The notes: a model not told the origin generated them from the sequence alone. A stretch of 64,000 nt of DNA from Selaginella moellendorffii (GCF_000143415.4 NW_003314288.1:357838-421837), one strand, 5' to 3'. Positions 34,565 through 48,065 are shown, counted from the stretch's first letter. Made by a program: numbers and translations.

Positions 34565-37500
34565 ATTTGGTATCGGAGCCTCTTCCTCAGTTCTAGCGAA
34601 GGATGGAGGCGGATTGCTGGGAGATGGCAAGGGCAGGACGTAAGCAAACCCAGGCGGAGACGGAACCTCCTCCAGAGCTGGAGCCTCCGGTCGAACAGGA
34701 GGCTATGGATGAGGAATCCTTGGATGAGGAGGACTCCAGTGAGGCAACTTCCAAACAGGAGTCTGGTGGTGAGGTTCAGTCGTCCAAGGCTCGATTGGAC
34801 GTTCTAGAAGGACAATTGGCGCAGACCAATGCTCTGCTGGAGACTCTCGTACCCAAGCTAAAGCGTGATGAGAAGCGGAAGAAAAAGCGAAAGACTGCGG
34901 ATGCTGGCAGCGTAGAAGGTGCGGACCCTTCAGTAGGGACTGAGGTAAAACCAGACCAGGTCGAACAGACCGAAGTGGAATCAGTCCCTCAGGCAGTTCC
35001 CAAGTACAAACCAAAGCCCCCACCGATCTTTAAGGGAGTGAACGACTATAAGGTGGTGGAGGATTGGTTTTACGATATGGAGGACTACTTCCGAGTGTTG
35101 CAATTACCGAGCTCGGAGAAGGTCCCATGTGCAAAACCATACTTGGCAGATAATGCCAAGTCTTGGTGGAGAACAACAAAGGCCAATGAAGGACCAGTGG
35201 CCACTTGGGAAATGATGAAGGCGAGGATTCGCACAACTTACGTTCCTCCGAATGCTACTCTGCATCTAAGGGACAAGCTGAGTAGGCTGAAGAAGACCGG
35301 AACCATTCAAGAGTATGTGAATGGGTTTATGGCAAAGAGGATACTTGTCACGGACATGGGGGATATGGATGCGTTCCATGCCTTCATATCAGGTTTGCAA
35401 ACCTAGGCTCGCGGCAAAGTGATGCAGTGGAACCCGACCAACTACAAGGAAGCGTTGGATGTGGCCATCAAGGTGCATTTCAACGATAACCTGCGAAAGG
35501 GGAACACGACGGGGTCAGGATCCACATTTAGCAAAGGGGCCAAACCAAGGGGAACATTTAGCAAAGGGGAATTCAAGAAGAGTTTCTCTAAGAATGAGTC
35601 CTCGGGGTTCCGGAAAGGTAGATCCGGTGGCCAGCGAGCGAGTACGTGGGGGAGTCAAGCGAAAAGAGACAAACCCACGGATAAGAAGGTCAAGTCGTAT
35701 AGCAGCATGGGAAACAACGTATGCTACAACTGCGGTGAAGCGGGACACTTTTCGAGGGAATGTCCCTACCTGAAGAAGGCCAGAGCCAATATGGCCATCA
35801 AGTTGGGTGAAGTCCAAACTGAGGTACGTGATCCAGTCCCTAACTCAAAGTTACTCATTACACGAGCAACTTTGGTAGAGAGTCGTTCGCGACATCTACT
35901 AGCCCTCCGAGGGAAGCTCGGAGGTAGCTTTGTTAAGATCCTTATTGACACGGGTGCTTCGGATAATTTTGTGGCTGCAGACATAGTCTGGCAAGCCGGA
36001 CTAACGGTGCAGCAGCTAGGCGAACCAAGGACTATAGAGTTTGTTCAAGGTAGCCAAAGCACCGATGAGGTACTTTGACAAGCGAGAGTCGAAGTGGGGA
36101 CTTGGAAGGTGGACATGGATTTCACTGTGTTGGACATGGTGGGATTTGACGTGATCTTCAGAATGGACTGGTTCAATCGATTCGTGGTAGCCCTACATGG
36201 ACAAGGTAGAAACCTTGTGGTACTGGCGAATGCCCAAGGAATAAGATCTAGGGTGGAGGCCCAAGATCTAAAGGTAGGGCAAAGCAAGGCCAAAGATTCC
36301 TTCTTAAACCTGGTGTCCACAAGAGGACAACTCACTAGGCGGCCTTTTTATGCTTACTCTCGGTGAAGAGTGACAAAAAGACAGAAATGAAAGAAGTACC
36401 TTTAGTGATCCAGTGGGTGTTGGACCAGTTCCAGGATACCATGCCAGAGGCGCTACCAGCGGGGCTACCCCCAGCACGACCGATAGAACATAAGATTGAG
36501 CTGGTCGAGGGTGCTGAGGCAGTGGTTCGTCCCCCTTATCGTTTGAACGAAAAAGAACTCAAGAAGCTCAAGTGCCAACTAGAGGAGTTGGTGGACAAAG
36601 GGTATGTTAGGTTGAGCAAGTCACCATATGGGCCGCCGGTGTTATTTGTGAAAAAGAAAGATGGATCTATGCGCATGTGCATAAACTACCGGTTGCTCAA
36701 CAAGTATACAAAGAAGAACAAGTACCCTTTGCCTAGGATTGAGGACCTGTTCGATAGGTTGGGAAAGGCAAAATACTTCTCGAGGATTGACCTAAGGTCA
36801 GGATACTACCAGATCAGGGTAGCCGAGGAAGATGTCGAGAAGACAACCTATCGAACGAGGTATGGGAGCTTTGAGTTTCTGGTGATGCCTTTTGGGCTAT
36901 GTAATGCGCCGGCAACGTTTTCGGCACTAATGAACCACATCTTTGTACCCTATCTGGATCACTTCATGGTCGTCTATATCGACGACATCCTGATCTATAG
37001 CGAGACACTAGAGGAGCATGCCGAACACTTGGCGAAGGTGTTTGAGAAACTAAGGGAACACAAACTGTATGGTAAAGAGAGCAAATGTGACTTTGCTCAA
37101 CAAGAGGTAAAGTTTCTCGGGCATGTGGTGGGCCAGGACAGGCTCAAGGTGGACCTGGAGAAGGTCCAAGCGATCCAGGAATGGGAGCGACCATTGAATG
37201 TACACGAGTTGAGGGCATTCCTGGGGCTATGCAACTACTATCGAAAGTTTATCAAACACTATTCGAGAGTAGCCCTGCCCTTAACGGACCAAACAGGAAA
37301 AGGGAAGATGGTGTGGACAGCGGAATGCGAGGCGGCATTTGTCCACCTCAAAGGGAAGTTGAGGAAGGCTCCCGTATTGGCATTACCAGACTTTGGTAAG
37401 GACTTTGAGGTAGAAACGGATGCTTCGGACTTTGCGTTGGGCGCAGTTTTGAAGCAAGACAACCATCCGGTAGCGTTCTTCTCGAAGAAGTTGGACAAGG

Positions 37501-38476
37501 CTCAACGGAAGTGGCCTGCCCACGAGAGGAATTGTTTGCGGTGGTCAAGGCACTCAAGGAGTGGCGACACTACCTTGGGAGACACTTCAAGGTTTACACG
37601 GACAATATGGCAACGAAACACTTCTTGTCACAGCCTGACCTGAGAGGGAAACAAGGTCGGTGGGCCAATGCCTTGGCCGAGTTTGATTGTGAGATTCTGT
37701 ACAAGCCTGGGAAGAGCAACATCGTGGCGGATGCGCTAAGTCGAAAAGCGAGTTTGAGGTTGGCAATATCCAGCGCAACAGCAACCTTCTGGGACGATGT
37801 GCGGATGGCATATGAGAACGATGGTCTAGCACAAGAAGTGTTGCTGAGGAATCTAGAGGCACGAGAAGCTCACCAAAGAGGTGAGCTGCCAACGGAAGAG
37901 AAAACGAGCTATGCGGAACACAACGGACTCATTTATTACAAGCAAACAAGGGTGTATGTTCCAGAAGGGGAACTAAGGAAGGTGGCCTTAGAAGAGTGTC
38001 ATGACGGACCTCTTGCGGAGTGCCCAAGATGATGGGCTTACTCAAGAGGAAGTACTATTGGCCAGATATGGCTAAGGACGTCCAAGACTATATAAAGACA
38101 TGTCCAACATGTCAGTAGGTAAAAGCCGTGACTAAGGCTAGTGGGGGCTTGTTGCAAAGCATCCCAATTCCAGATCGTCTGTGGAAATGTCTTACGATGG
38201 ACTTCATCATGGGACTCCCCCCAAGCGAGGGGTTTGATGCGATATTCGTGGTGGTGGATCGATTTTTGAAAATGGCACATTTCATACCCACCACAACGGA
38301 GGTGGATGCGGAAGGTGTGGCGAAGCTATTCTTTGAATAAGTGGTTCGAGTGTGGGGAAGACCAGAAGAGATCATCTCAGATCGAGATAAGATCTTCACC
38401 AATAGGTTCTGGAGGACTCTCATAGAACAGTATCGCACCAAGTTGAAATTCAGCACAGCCTATCACCCACAGACAG

Positions 38477-38522
38477 GTATGGGGTATTAAGTCAAGTTGT
38501 TGGCACTAACACTTCTTGACAG
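38477..38522 (+). other. 46-bp GT-AG intron in the integrase core
   Basis: CAG|GTATGG...CACTAAC...TTGACAG|ATGGA; removal restores HPQTDGQTERVN. Confidence 0.85.
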
Positions 38523-38940
38523 ATGGACAAACGGAAAGGGTGAATAGGCAGGTAGAGGATTAGTTGTGATGCTATGTTTCGGGAGACCAGACCGATTGGG
38601 TAAGTCATTTGGGACTTGCGAAAATGTGTTATAACAACTCACCACATTCGAGTATCGGGGTGAGTCCATGGGAAGTCATCAATGGGCGAGCTATTGAAGG
38701 TCTTGTGGAACTCGGCGTGGCCAAGTATCATGGAGAGTTGCCCGTAGTGGAGGCATTCACGGCGGAAAGACTTAGCATTTGGAATCTAGTGAGGGATTCC
38801 TTGGAATGGGCTCAACAAAGGCAAACCAAATACGCGAACCAGAAGCGTCGGGATGTAGAGTTCCAAGCTAGGGAGAAGGTGTGGCTGAACACCAAGAACC
38901 TCAGACTACCAAGTGGGATCAGCCGAAAGTTGACCCAAAG

Positions 38941-38992
38941 GTAAAGATGCATGTATTCCTGTAAATGAATTGATCTTGAGTTCCTTAAGCAG
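38941..38992 (+). other. 52-bp GT-AG intron before the GPY motif of the integrase
   Basis: AAG|GTAAAG...TTAAGCAG|GTTC; removal restores KLTQRFVGPYEI. Confidence 0.85.
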
Positions 38993-39777
38993 GTTCGTGG
39001 GGCCTTACGAGATTGAGGCACGAATCGGTAAAGTGGCTTACCGTCTCCGACTTCCTCGAGAGATAGGGAAGATGCACCCGGTGTTCCACGTGAACTTACT
39101 CAAGCCGTACTTTGAGGATCCGCTTCGCAAGGACCAAGTGAGACCTTTACCTAAGGTTATCCAAGGGGAAGAGGAATACAAAGTTGAGGCCATCCTTAAT
39201 GCGCGCAAGAGCAAGCGACAAGGACGCGAGGTGAGAGAGTTCCATGTGAAGTGGAAAGGATTTCCACACTGCGAAGCAACATGGGAACCGGAGGAGAACC
39301 TAGCGAACGCTCGAGATCTAGTGGAGGAATTTCTGCAAGGCAGAACTCTATGTACTTATGCAAAATTCAATTAAAAATGTCAATTTGCAAAGTTGAGCAA
39401 GTGGCATATGTTGGGACCCGAAGGCGCGCCGAAGGTAAGCTAATTAGCATGGGTTGGATAGGTCGACCAGGCGTAGGGCACTACGCCCGACTCCCCGCGG
39501 GGATGTCGAATCCGTAAACGTATTCTATGGAGGTTGGGTTTGAGTCCCAACCCCCTAGTAAAGCAAGGCTGGGTTCAAGTCCCGACCCCATACTAGGGCG
39601 TGGTGAGGTGAGGGGTATAGGGACACCTATATTCCGTTGTCATGGGCTCTTGGCCGGGGAGGCTAACTTAGGCACACCGCTAAGTGGGGGGATGCCCCCG
39701 GAGACATGGTCAACAAGTCGTAGGATAAAACGAGGCATTCGATGTGGGCATCGAACTTCTTCCATGGGTGGTGGAGT

Positions 39778-40943
39778 TGTAAAGAACCAACTCGCCGAGG
39801 TGTCATAGGCTAAAGGAACCCCAAACGCATGACCAAAATGACAAAGAGTTCATCGGATGGGACCAAGTCGAAGATTGAGTCCAAGACCCACTTTAGGACC
39901 GAGTTCGAGATAGAGTCCGGAATCGAGTCCGAGATCGACTCGGGGACCGAGTTCGAGTCCGAGTTTGAGACCGAGTTTGAGACGGAGTCCGAGATCCGAA
40001 ATTGGGTCCGAGACCGAGTCCGAGGTCGAGTCCGAGGTCGGCTCCGAGATCGGGTCCGAGATCGAGTCCGAGATTGAGTCCGAGACCGAATCCGAAGTTG
40101 GATCTGAAATCGGGTCCGAGATCGAGCCAGAGACTAAGTCCGAATACTAATACGGGTCAAGGGGTGAAAGCCCAAAGCGTGTGTCTCCCAGGGGGGGGGG
40201 GGGGGGGGGGTGCAGGGGGTTCCAAAAGTATAGTAGGGATGGTGAGGTCCAGGAATCAGTCTTGAAGGAACTCTCCAGTGGTGCTTCCAAACTGACTTGA
40301 GGTTGAGACTGGGGCCGAGGGGCCTTGGGTGGGAGTGAGCATGGGCTTGAGTGGTGCCGGAGGGGTCACCCAGGGAAGTGCTCAAGAGCAGCTCCCACTC
40401 CCGAAAGGGAAACCGACTGCGGTGCTCCCGGCTCATGTGGAGTGGTGCCCCACTTGAGTACCTTGTGGCTCATTGGTCCTCGCCCTTCCTAGGGGCTTGG
40501 GCCTTCCCTTTGGGATGGAAGTGGGGGGGTAGAGGTACCCATACCGGGCTGTTAGGCCATAGTGTTTCACCCCGACGTCCCGCAGCAAGTGCTGCACCCA
40601 AGACTTGGGATGTAGAGGGTCCCATGATCAAGTCTTGTGGTACCAAGGGGGTTAGGAATCTGGAGGCTTGGTGTGCTTGGCTGCTTGTGCCTGCGGGGAG
40701 TGTAGCCGAACTTTAAGTCCAGTCTAACCCGGGGAGGGGGATTGGGAGAAATTTGGGAATCCGTAGATGGATGGCTAACACTCCGTTGCTCGTGCAGTGA
40801 GTAGCTGAAACCAAGTAGGACCAAGTAGGAGCTGGTACCATAGACGGGAGCCTTGGCGAGGGAACTTAGCACAAGCCAAGGCAGAGTTGGTCGGATAGAC
40901 GAGGTAAGCTGGCAAATTGGAAAGGAAAAATTTGTGGCTTACA
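39778..40943 (+). repeat. 3' LTR
   Basis: TG...CA termini followed by TSD CCTCC. Confidence 0.95.
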
Positions 40944-43533
40944 CCTCCACCGCAGCAACCCATCGAGCAGCACCAACCTTTGCTGCCATAGCCTGTTGAG
41001 CAGCCATCTCCACCACACCAGCATGCTAAGGAGCAGCCATCTTTGCCGTAGCAACCAACCGAGCTACAGCAGCCTACTGAGCCGCACTAAACATTTGCTC
41101 TAGACACCACTGCCGATGACATGCAGCCACCTTGTTGAGCAATGCAATGCTAGTTTCATCACAAGTGCATGAGCAACAAGCATCATCATTATGATAAATA
41201 TGCCACCAACAACATTCCAATTGAGACAAAGGAGCAGCATCAACCGAAAGTGATCTGTCCTATGCCTACAAACTTCATGGAGCAGTACCATAACTCCAAC
41301 ATGGCAGTGTACACATGGGATGGCATGGAGAGCTTCTTTCACAATGTTTTTGTACGACCATATGAGGAGAAGATGGCAAGCATGGCTCAGGAACTCGATC
41401 AGGTAAAGGGAATCCTTTGCACTATACAAGCTCATGGGCTCCCAACACCAAACACCTGCTAAGAATCTTTCGAGTTAGTGCAGCAGTACCAACTCGAGAA
41501 TGCCCGCATCACCAAAGAAAACATGGAGCTCAAGGCTAGACTTCAAGTGCTCGAGACTACCATTAAGAACTACACTCGCGACGAGCTTGAGGACTATGAG
41601 GAAGAACCAGAGGCTAACACCACAACTGCTACTATGACCACAATGGAAGCTTGAGCCGCAAGAGCTGCTCAACTCTAGTCGTCGGAGAGTAGAGGTACAT
41701 GCATTTTGCATCGTGATTTAGGCACAAAGGCATTTCCTGAGTTAGGAATTGAAATCAGGATTTCTCCCGGTCTAAATTCCTAACTTGGATGACTGGGCAT
41801 GTAGTGGTTATATAGGCTGATGATAACACGCTAGATTTATCCCCTTTTTGTCTTTTATATCCTTAGCCATAATAACATGCACTCCACTTGCTCAACATCT
41901 ACTCTTCTCTTCCATGCCTATCTTACTCATTACCTTCTGGGGATCAAGGCTGTGAGATGTAGATCAATCTAAGCATCAACATTTTTGCAACAACACATGG
42001 CTAAGTATTTCTTTTCTTTTTATGTTTGGATCTAGTTTAGATTAGAGAGGATTCACAAGATCATTGTAGAGGTGATTTTGTAGTTCTCCAGCCTCTTATC
42101 CTCAAGATCTTCTTTAAGATGCCTTCTAGATCTTCTATAAACAATAACCAACTAATCAATTGCAACAATAGCCACAACAACCACAGAAACCACAACTATT
42201 GCCCTATTCATCCCACATGAATCCTAATGATGTGGCATTAATCAATGACAAATCAGCATTGACTCAATGGTAACTTGATTTTGGAATATTCTAGAATAAT
42301 CTGATGTGGATGATGATTACATGTACAACATTTTATCATTGTCACCACACAGAAAATGACAGTGATGGTCACATAGTGTCTCTAAGCAAACCAACATAGG
42401 ATATACCTGGGTATTTTTGAATATCCTATAATGTAATTGTTGATATTTATTTAGACTAATCTTGTGTTTATAAATTCAAAACATTTTAATAATGGTCATC
42501 ACATTGACTACAAAGAGTTGATTATATAGTTGACTGACGGTTTTGGCAAAAAGATGTTGTCTTGAGAACTACATTGTAGTTCAATGTTTGGACATGTGTT
42601 TGCAAGTGTGATTTTGTGGCAAGGAAACAAGAGCAACAGGAGGTCCTCTAGACAAGCTAACTTCTGTAGTTTAACCAGCTGCCACCTCCATGCAAGGGTA
42701 CTTTCCATGAGCTCAAAGTGTAGAGGGCTAGCTTTTGAATTTTTTTTTGTTGTTCTCTAGGTCTAATCTGTTAGGAGTGATGCAAAGAGATTGTTATTGA
42801 TCAGGCTAGGGATTTCCAACCCAAAGCTATGTTTCTCATACCTGAAAAGTGTATCCATGAAATATATATATCCTCTTGTGGTTTCTCTTCTAAATAGAAG
42901 ATGAGTGTGTGAGGTTGTACATATTGAAGTACAAACTAAAGAAGCAGATCAATGGATCTCCCTGTAATGCGTCAATCATTAGTCGAATGAGGCAAGTAGC
43001 ACATACTTGATCCTCTTCCAATCAATTTGCTTTGAAAAGCAATTTTTGTCTAGATCTGAAGTAAAGTCTTCCACAAATTAGCTATCATATGTTTGAAAAA
43101 CTATTTAATGTCATTCCATAAGCAAATTGATCTACAATAGGCTATCATGGGTTAGACAATTTGACTTTTATGTTGATTCCACAGGGCAATTTCATGGAAT
43201 GGTCTCTACGCCCTAGTCTCTAGTGTTGATCTAGTTTGCCTAAAATTTACCAAGAGCAATAAGCCACTCTTTCTAATTCCATAATTGTAAGGGCAAAGTT
43301 GGCTATAAATTACTAAGCATGGGCAGAAAGGAAAGATCCTCATACACACCTAGGTAGAAAGATTAAGGATTGACAACCCTCTACATTCTTGATAAAAGTT
43401 GAATAGGGGAATTGGGGTAGACAAAATAAAAATATTTATCAGTGATCCATCACACTTATCAGAAGATATATTTTTCTTATAGACTCAGATAAAATTTGGT
43501 TGATCCCCACTCTGTGTGACTAAGCAAAACTAT

Positions 43534-44081
43534 TGTAAGCAACCAAAGAGAACGAGTTAAGAGACGATCTATGGGGTTTAAATATAGAGGGATCGGTTAA
43601 GGGTCTTGGGATATTTAGAGTTAAGCATTTTTGGGTTTGAATAGTACTGGGTTAGGTGACCTCCCGGAAAAACCAAATTTAGGAGCTTACATTTGGTATT
43701 AGAGCAGTCTTGGGTCTGACTCTGTTGGTTGGCTAAGGAAATCACACCACATGTTGATTGACATCTAGTTGGTCTAGTTTTGTCACGCTGGGCTCGACCC
43801 AAAGGGTAGGGTGTCAAAAGAGTGGGGCTCTCAGGAGAGCTGTGGCTCTCAACTTCCATTCAGGAGGGCGTGAACTTGTAGGGAAGCGTGTTGAATTGTA
43901 AGCAACCAAAGAGAATAACTCAAGAAACGATCCATAGGGTTCAAATATAAAAGGAAAGGGTCCATGCACAAAAATGCACCCCTCGGTTAAGAGTTTTAGG
44001 ATATTTAGGGTTAAGCGTATTTGGGTTTGAATAGTACTGGGCTGGATGACCTCCCGGGAAGACTAAATTCAGGAGTTTACA
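43534..44081 (+). mobile_element. Cassandra-like TRIM with 5S rRNA-derived segments in both LTRs
   Basis: LTRs 43534-43691 and 43897-44081 (TGTAAGCAACCAAAGAG...TTACA), PBS TGGTATTAGAGC, flanks ACTAT/AGTAT. The LTRs contain GTTAAGCGTATTTGGG..TAGTACTGGG..GATGACCTCCCGGGAAG, matching the 5S internal control region. Confidence 0.88.
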
Positions 44082-44869
44082 AGTATAAGAAAGGAAAAAC
44101 TATCTTGTGTGCCTAATTAGGCTAGCGAATGATAAATTTAACAAAATTGCTTAAATAACTCGATGAATTACAGAGAAAAATACCTAATAATATTTTTCTC
44201 AGGGTATACAGAAGTCTAACTCCTTGTATCTTTACTATTGTCAAAGAAAGTGTGATAATACTTTATAGGTACATAGAATAAATGAGACTTATATCTGTGG
44301 AGTTATTCAGAATTTGCATTTAGCTCAGATAGGCAAACTATCTCTCTATCTAGGAAGAATTCTAGTCCTATTTTCTTTTTGTATAGGTAGCAAAGGATTT
44401 ATAAAATTTTGCCTACTAAACAATTGCTAAATTTTATGCAATCTTTAGGTAAAAAAGTTATTGTGGGAACTTTAATGGTTCACAATAAAGCTTGGATACC
44501 CATAGGCAAAAATACACTTAGTGATAATTGGGTTAATAAACATTGGATCAATTCTAAATTTGAATTGGTAGGCAACAAAAATTTGTGGAGTAAAAATATT
44601 TTAAGGTGGACCACATTTAAGCAAAATAGATATGCTTTGAAAAATAATATTTGTTGCTCAAGAAATTTTTGGAACTTTTGTATAAAAACTGCTCTAGACA
44701 TTTGGCCTCTATAGGAAAGCTATCCTTATTTCAAAATTTGTTGGAAAGCTAAATACTTACTCCTAAGAATGATTAATAGGGCAATTTACAAGAGGGATAC
44801 ATTGCATAAAAAAGCCTTGTACCACTCACTCCACCAACGAGGCATAATAACTAAACTTGCCCAACAGAC

Positions 44870-47800
44870 TTCAAAATATTATAGCATATGTGATCATAGG
44901 ATGAATTTTGGATATACTGTCATCGTAGATCCTTGGAATGTTGGGGGATAAATGGGGATAAAATAACCTAAAGCAATTACCCTTTTGCCAATTGGTTTAA
45001 AGGGAGAGAGATAGGGTACATTACATGTATATAGGCATAGACCAACAATTGATCGTACCTATAAAGTTTTAAATGACATAATCTCTATGTATAAAATTGT
45101 CATTGTCTATACCAAACAAAGTAATAGATATACAATATTTCTCTCACAATCTAATAAGCAAAAGGTAGTTTGAAAAGAAGTATTCACAAGATCTAAAATA
45201 AAATTACAAGGCACTTGCTCGTGATATTTGTGATCTTAACCTCCCTTTAGAAAAGACTAAATCATTGCTCAATTAAGCTAAAGAAAAATTTAAAAGAGAG
45301 TGAGCTAAAAGTATATTGGGTACACCTCAACAAAGAGGAGATCAAAAATCCAAATACGACTTTGATGATCATTTAAAATATGTGAATCCATACACTACTC
45401 CTCTTTGGCAACATCAGCACATAGAAAATGCCTCTACTTCAACTGAGAGTAGTGAAACACAAAACAATTGAAGTGATTCCCCACAAGAGAAAAAAGCGTT
45501 AAATTTACAACTTTTACCCTTTGACAGTGATCCAGATTCCTCTACAAACTAAATATTTGTTTTGCCTATATTATTTACAAAATAGAGCATTTCTTATCAA
45601 ATTACAATAAGCACAATAGCAATTACACGAACAATAATAGGCATCATTATTACATATCCATCCTTTTCTGAAATTAAAGGAGAGGAGCTACAACTACATA
45701 TTAAGCAATATAGAAGCAATTAAGCTCAATTAAGAAGATAGGCAAAAAAATAATTTCCCCCTATACGCTCAAAAACAAAGTCAAAGATTGGTACTATGAT
45801 AATGATAAAAATCTTGGCACATTTGATGAGCAAACAAAGTTTTTTCTAAAAGTTTTCTTTATGGAAACAAACCTAGGAGAAAACTATGATAAGTTGCAAA
45901 AGTTTCATCAAGGAAAATCTGAGACAATTGAGGAATATACAATTCGATTTATAAATATTAGTGTTAGACAAAATATGCCTATGCCTATATATATAGAGCC
46001 TCAAGAAAATTATTGTGAATATGCGATAAAGAATATGTAAATTTCAATGATTTGAAAAAAAGCCATATTTTCTTACTAAAATATCATAAAATAATATGAC
46101 ATGGTAGATATGGTGAAGTCAGACAAAAAAACAACTTCTATAGATAAGGAAACTAGTCATTTAAGGAGCCTCAAATTGCAAATCAATCTCAAATAAGGGA
46201 TTTAGTGTACTAAATGCAAAAATAAAAGTCATAACAAAGAAAAATGCAAAGTTCAACTAATAAAGTGCTAATTTTGTGAAAAACTATGATGAGTTGCAAA
46301 AGTCTCATCAAGGAAAATCTAAGACAATCGAGGAATATACAACTCGATTTAACAAGCGTTATAAATATTAGTGTTAGACAAAATGTGCCTACACCTATAC
46401 ATATAGAGCCTCAAGAAAATTTATTGTGAATATGTGATAAAGAGAGCTCATGTAGATTTTGATGATTTGAAAAAAGCCATGTTTGCTTACTAAGATCTTA
46501 TAAAATAATATGACATGGTAGATATGGTGAAGTCAGACAAAAGGATAATTTCTATAGATAAGGAAATTAGTCGTCTAAGGAGCTTCAAATTACAAACCAA
46601 TCTCAAATAAGGGATTTGGTGTACTAAATGCAAAAAAAAGGTCATAACAAAGAAGAATGCAAAGTTCAACTAATAAAGTGCTAATTTTATGAAAAATAAG
46701 GGCATTCAGCTAAGGAGTGTAAAACCTTGTTTAAATAACTAAGAGGCTAACAGGCAGCCTGAGTTAATAAAACAATATGTAGGCAAAATTATTCATTTGA
46801 CGATAAAAGTTATTGTAAGAAAAACGATTATAATGATAATTAAAATGCCAAACGTGAATACTCATGTGTTAAAAGGGTAAATGACTATCGGGATTATCCA
46901 CCTAAGGGTAATTTTTTATATTATCCACCTAGCCATGAGGAAAATAGGCTTAAAGAGTATTATCAACCTAGAGAATATGATTAACTCAGAGGTTATAATA
47001 GGCCTAGAAAATATAAAAGACCAAAAGAGTATAATCAACTTAAGACACCTATTCACTATCCTATGCTAATATAATCAAGCTAAATCATCAAGCAAGAATG
47101 ATAGGCCTTATAACGATACATAACATGCAACTAGGTATATTGAGGTAGAATGGTTAAATACAGAAGAGCTACCTCACTCTCTTTATCTTGGCTTTCAGAT
47201 TCAGCCCTTCTTCGTTAGGCTCCAATCATGACATAGATGCTAAGTAGTAAAAATCATCCCCAACTCTCAATGGCACCAAAAGAAAAATATCAACAAAGAA
47301 ATTACTCAATAATTCCAAGACTTACAACCACAAGTCGATTTGGAGAATGGTGATTCTAACACAAAGAGTCTCACACATTTACAAGCTGACACGAATTTAT
47401 CATTAGTGCAAAAGGAAAATCCTATATTAAAGCTAGATGGCCAGGATGAAAAAAAGGTAGTGAAAGACACTTTGAATGCCAGAATTACACTCACTCTAAG
47501 CCAACTTTTCACTATAACATAAAGTTACATTGCTTAGAGATTTTTCACCTAAGAAGGAAGAAACTTTAATCCCATCTATGGCCATTGTAATTGAGCTAAG
47601 AGATTGTGATGATGAAGTTCCTACAATCGATATAAAGATTGGTAAAATTCTATTATGTGGAACTATTATTGATGGTGGCTTAAGTATAAATATTCTAAAA
47701 GAGAGTATTTGCAAAGAATTAGGCCTAACCCCAATTCAACCAACCCATTTAATATATAGATGGCTAATGACCGAAGTGTTAAGCCCATTATAATTATTAG

Positions 47801-48065
47801 AAATGTCTTAACTAATGTGGTTGGCATAAAATACAAACTTAATTTTGTCGTGCTTAAAATAACACGACAAAATTATGCCTACAAAACTCTACTATGCAAA
47901 ACTTAGCTAAAAATTACTTGCACAAAGCAAGACTGAAAAAATGGTTTTTTATATATAGAGCAAAGCAACCAAAAAAAGTCTGTGCTCATTACATCCACTA
48001 TACAATTGGAAAGAAAAATTGACCTCAAAACTCAATTTTATAATTGGGAGGAAGACTTAGACAGT
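44870..48065 (+). mobile_element. Decayed gypsy remnant: LTR end, gag with ~400-bp tandem duplication, protease
   Basis: 44875-45025 matches the LTR-like sequence at 58430-58994. Duplicated gag block starts at ~45879 and ~46281. IIDGGLSINIL protease motif. Confidence 0.7.

Larger units (their letters stand above)
34603..39374 (+). pseudogene. gag-pol of the chromovirus, with premature stops, frameshifts and two introns in the integrase
   Basis: CYNCGEAGHFSREC knuckle, LIDTGAS protease, [22 protein letters not shown] RNase H, ISDRD and HPQT/DGQTERVN integrase, VKWKGFPHCEATWEP chromodomain. Confidence 0.93.
33403..40943 (+). mobile_element. Full-length chromodomain-containing Ty3/gypsy LTR retrotransposon (defective copy)
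   Basis: LTRs 33403-34564 and 39778-40943 (TGTAA...TTACA), TSD CCTCC on both sides, PBS 34568-34579, PPT ending 39777. Domain order gag-PR-RT-RH-IN-chromodomain. Confidence 0.97.

Noticed and set aside
44005-44062. 5S rRNA gene
   Set aside because: Only the internal part is present, degenerate and embedded in TRIM LTRs.
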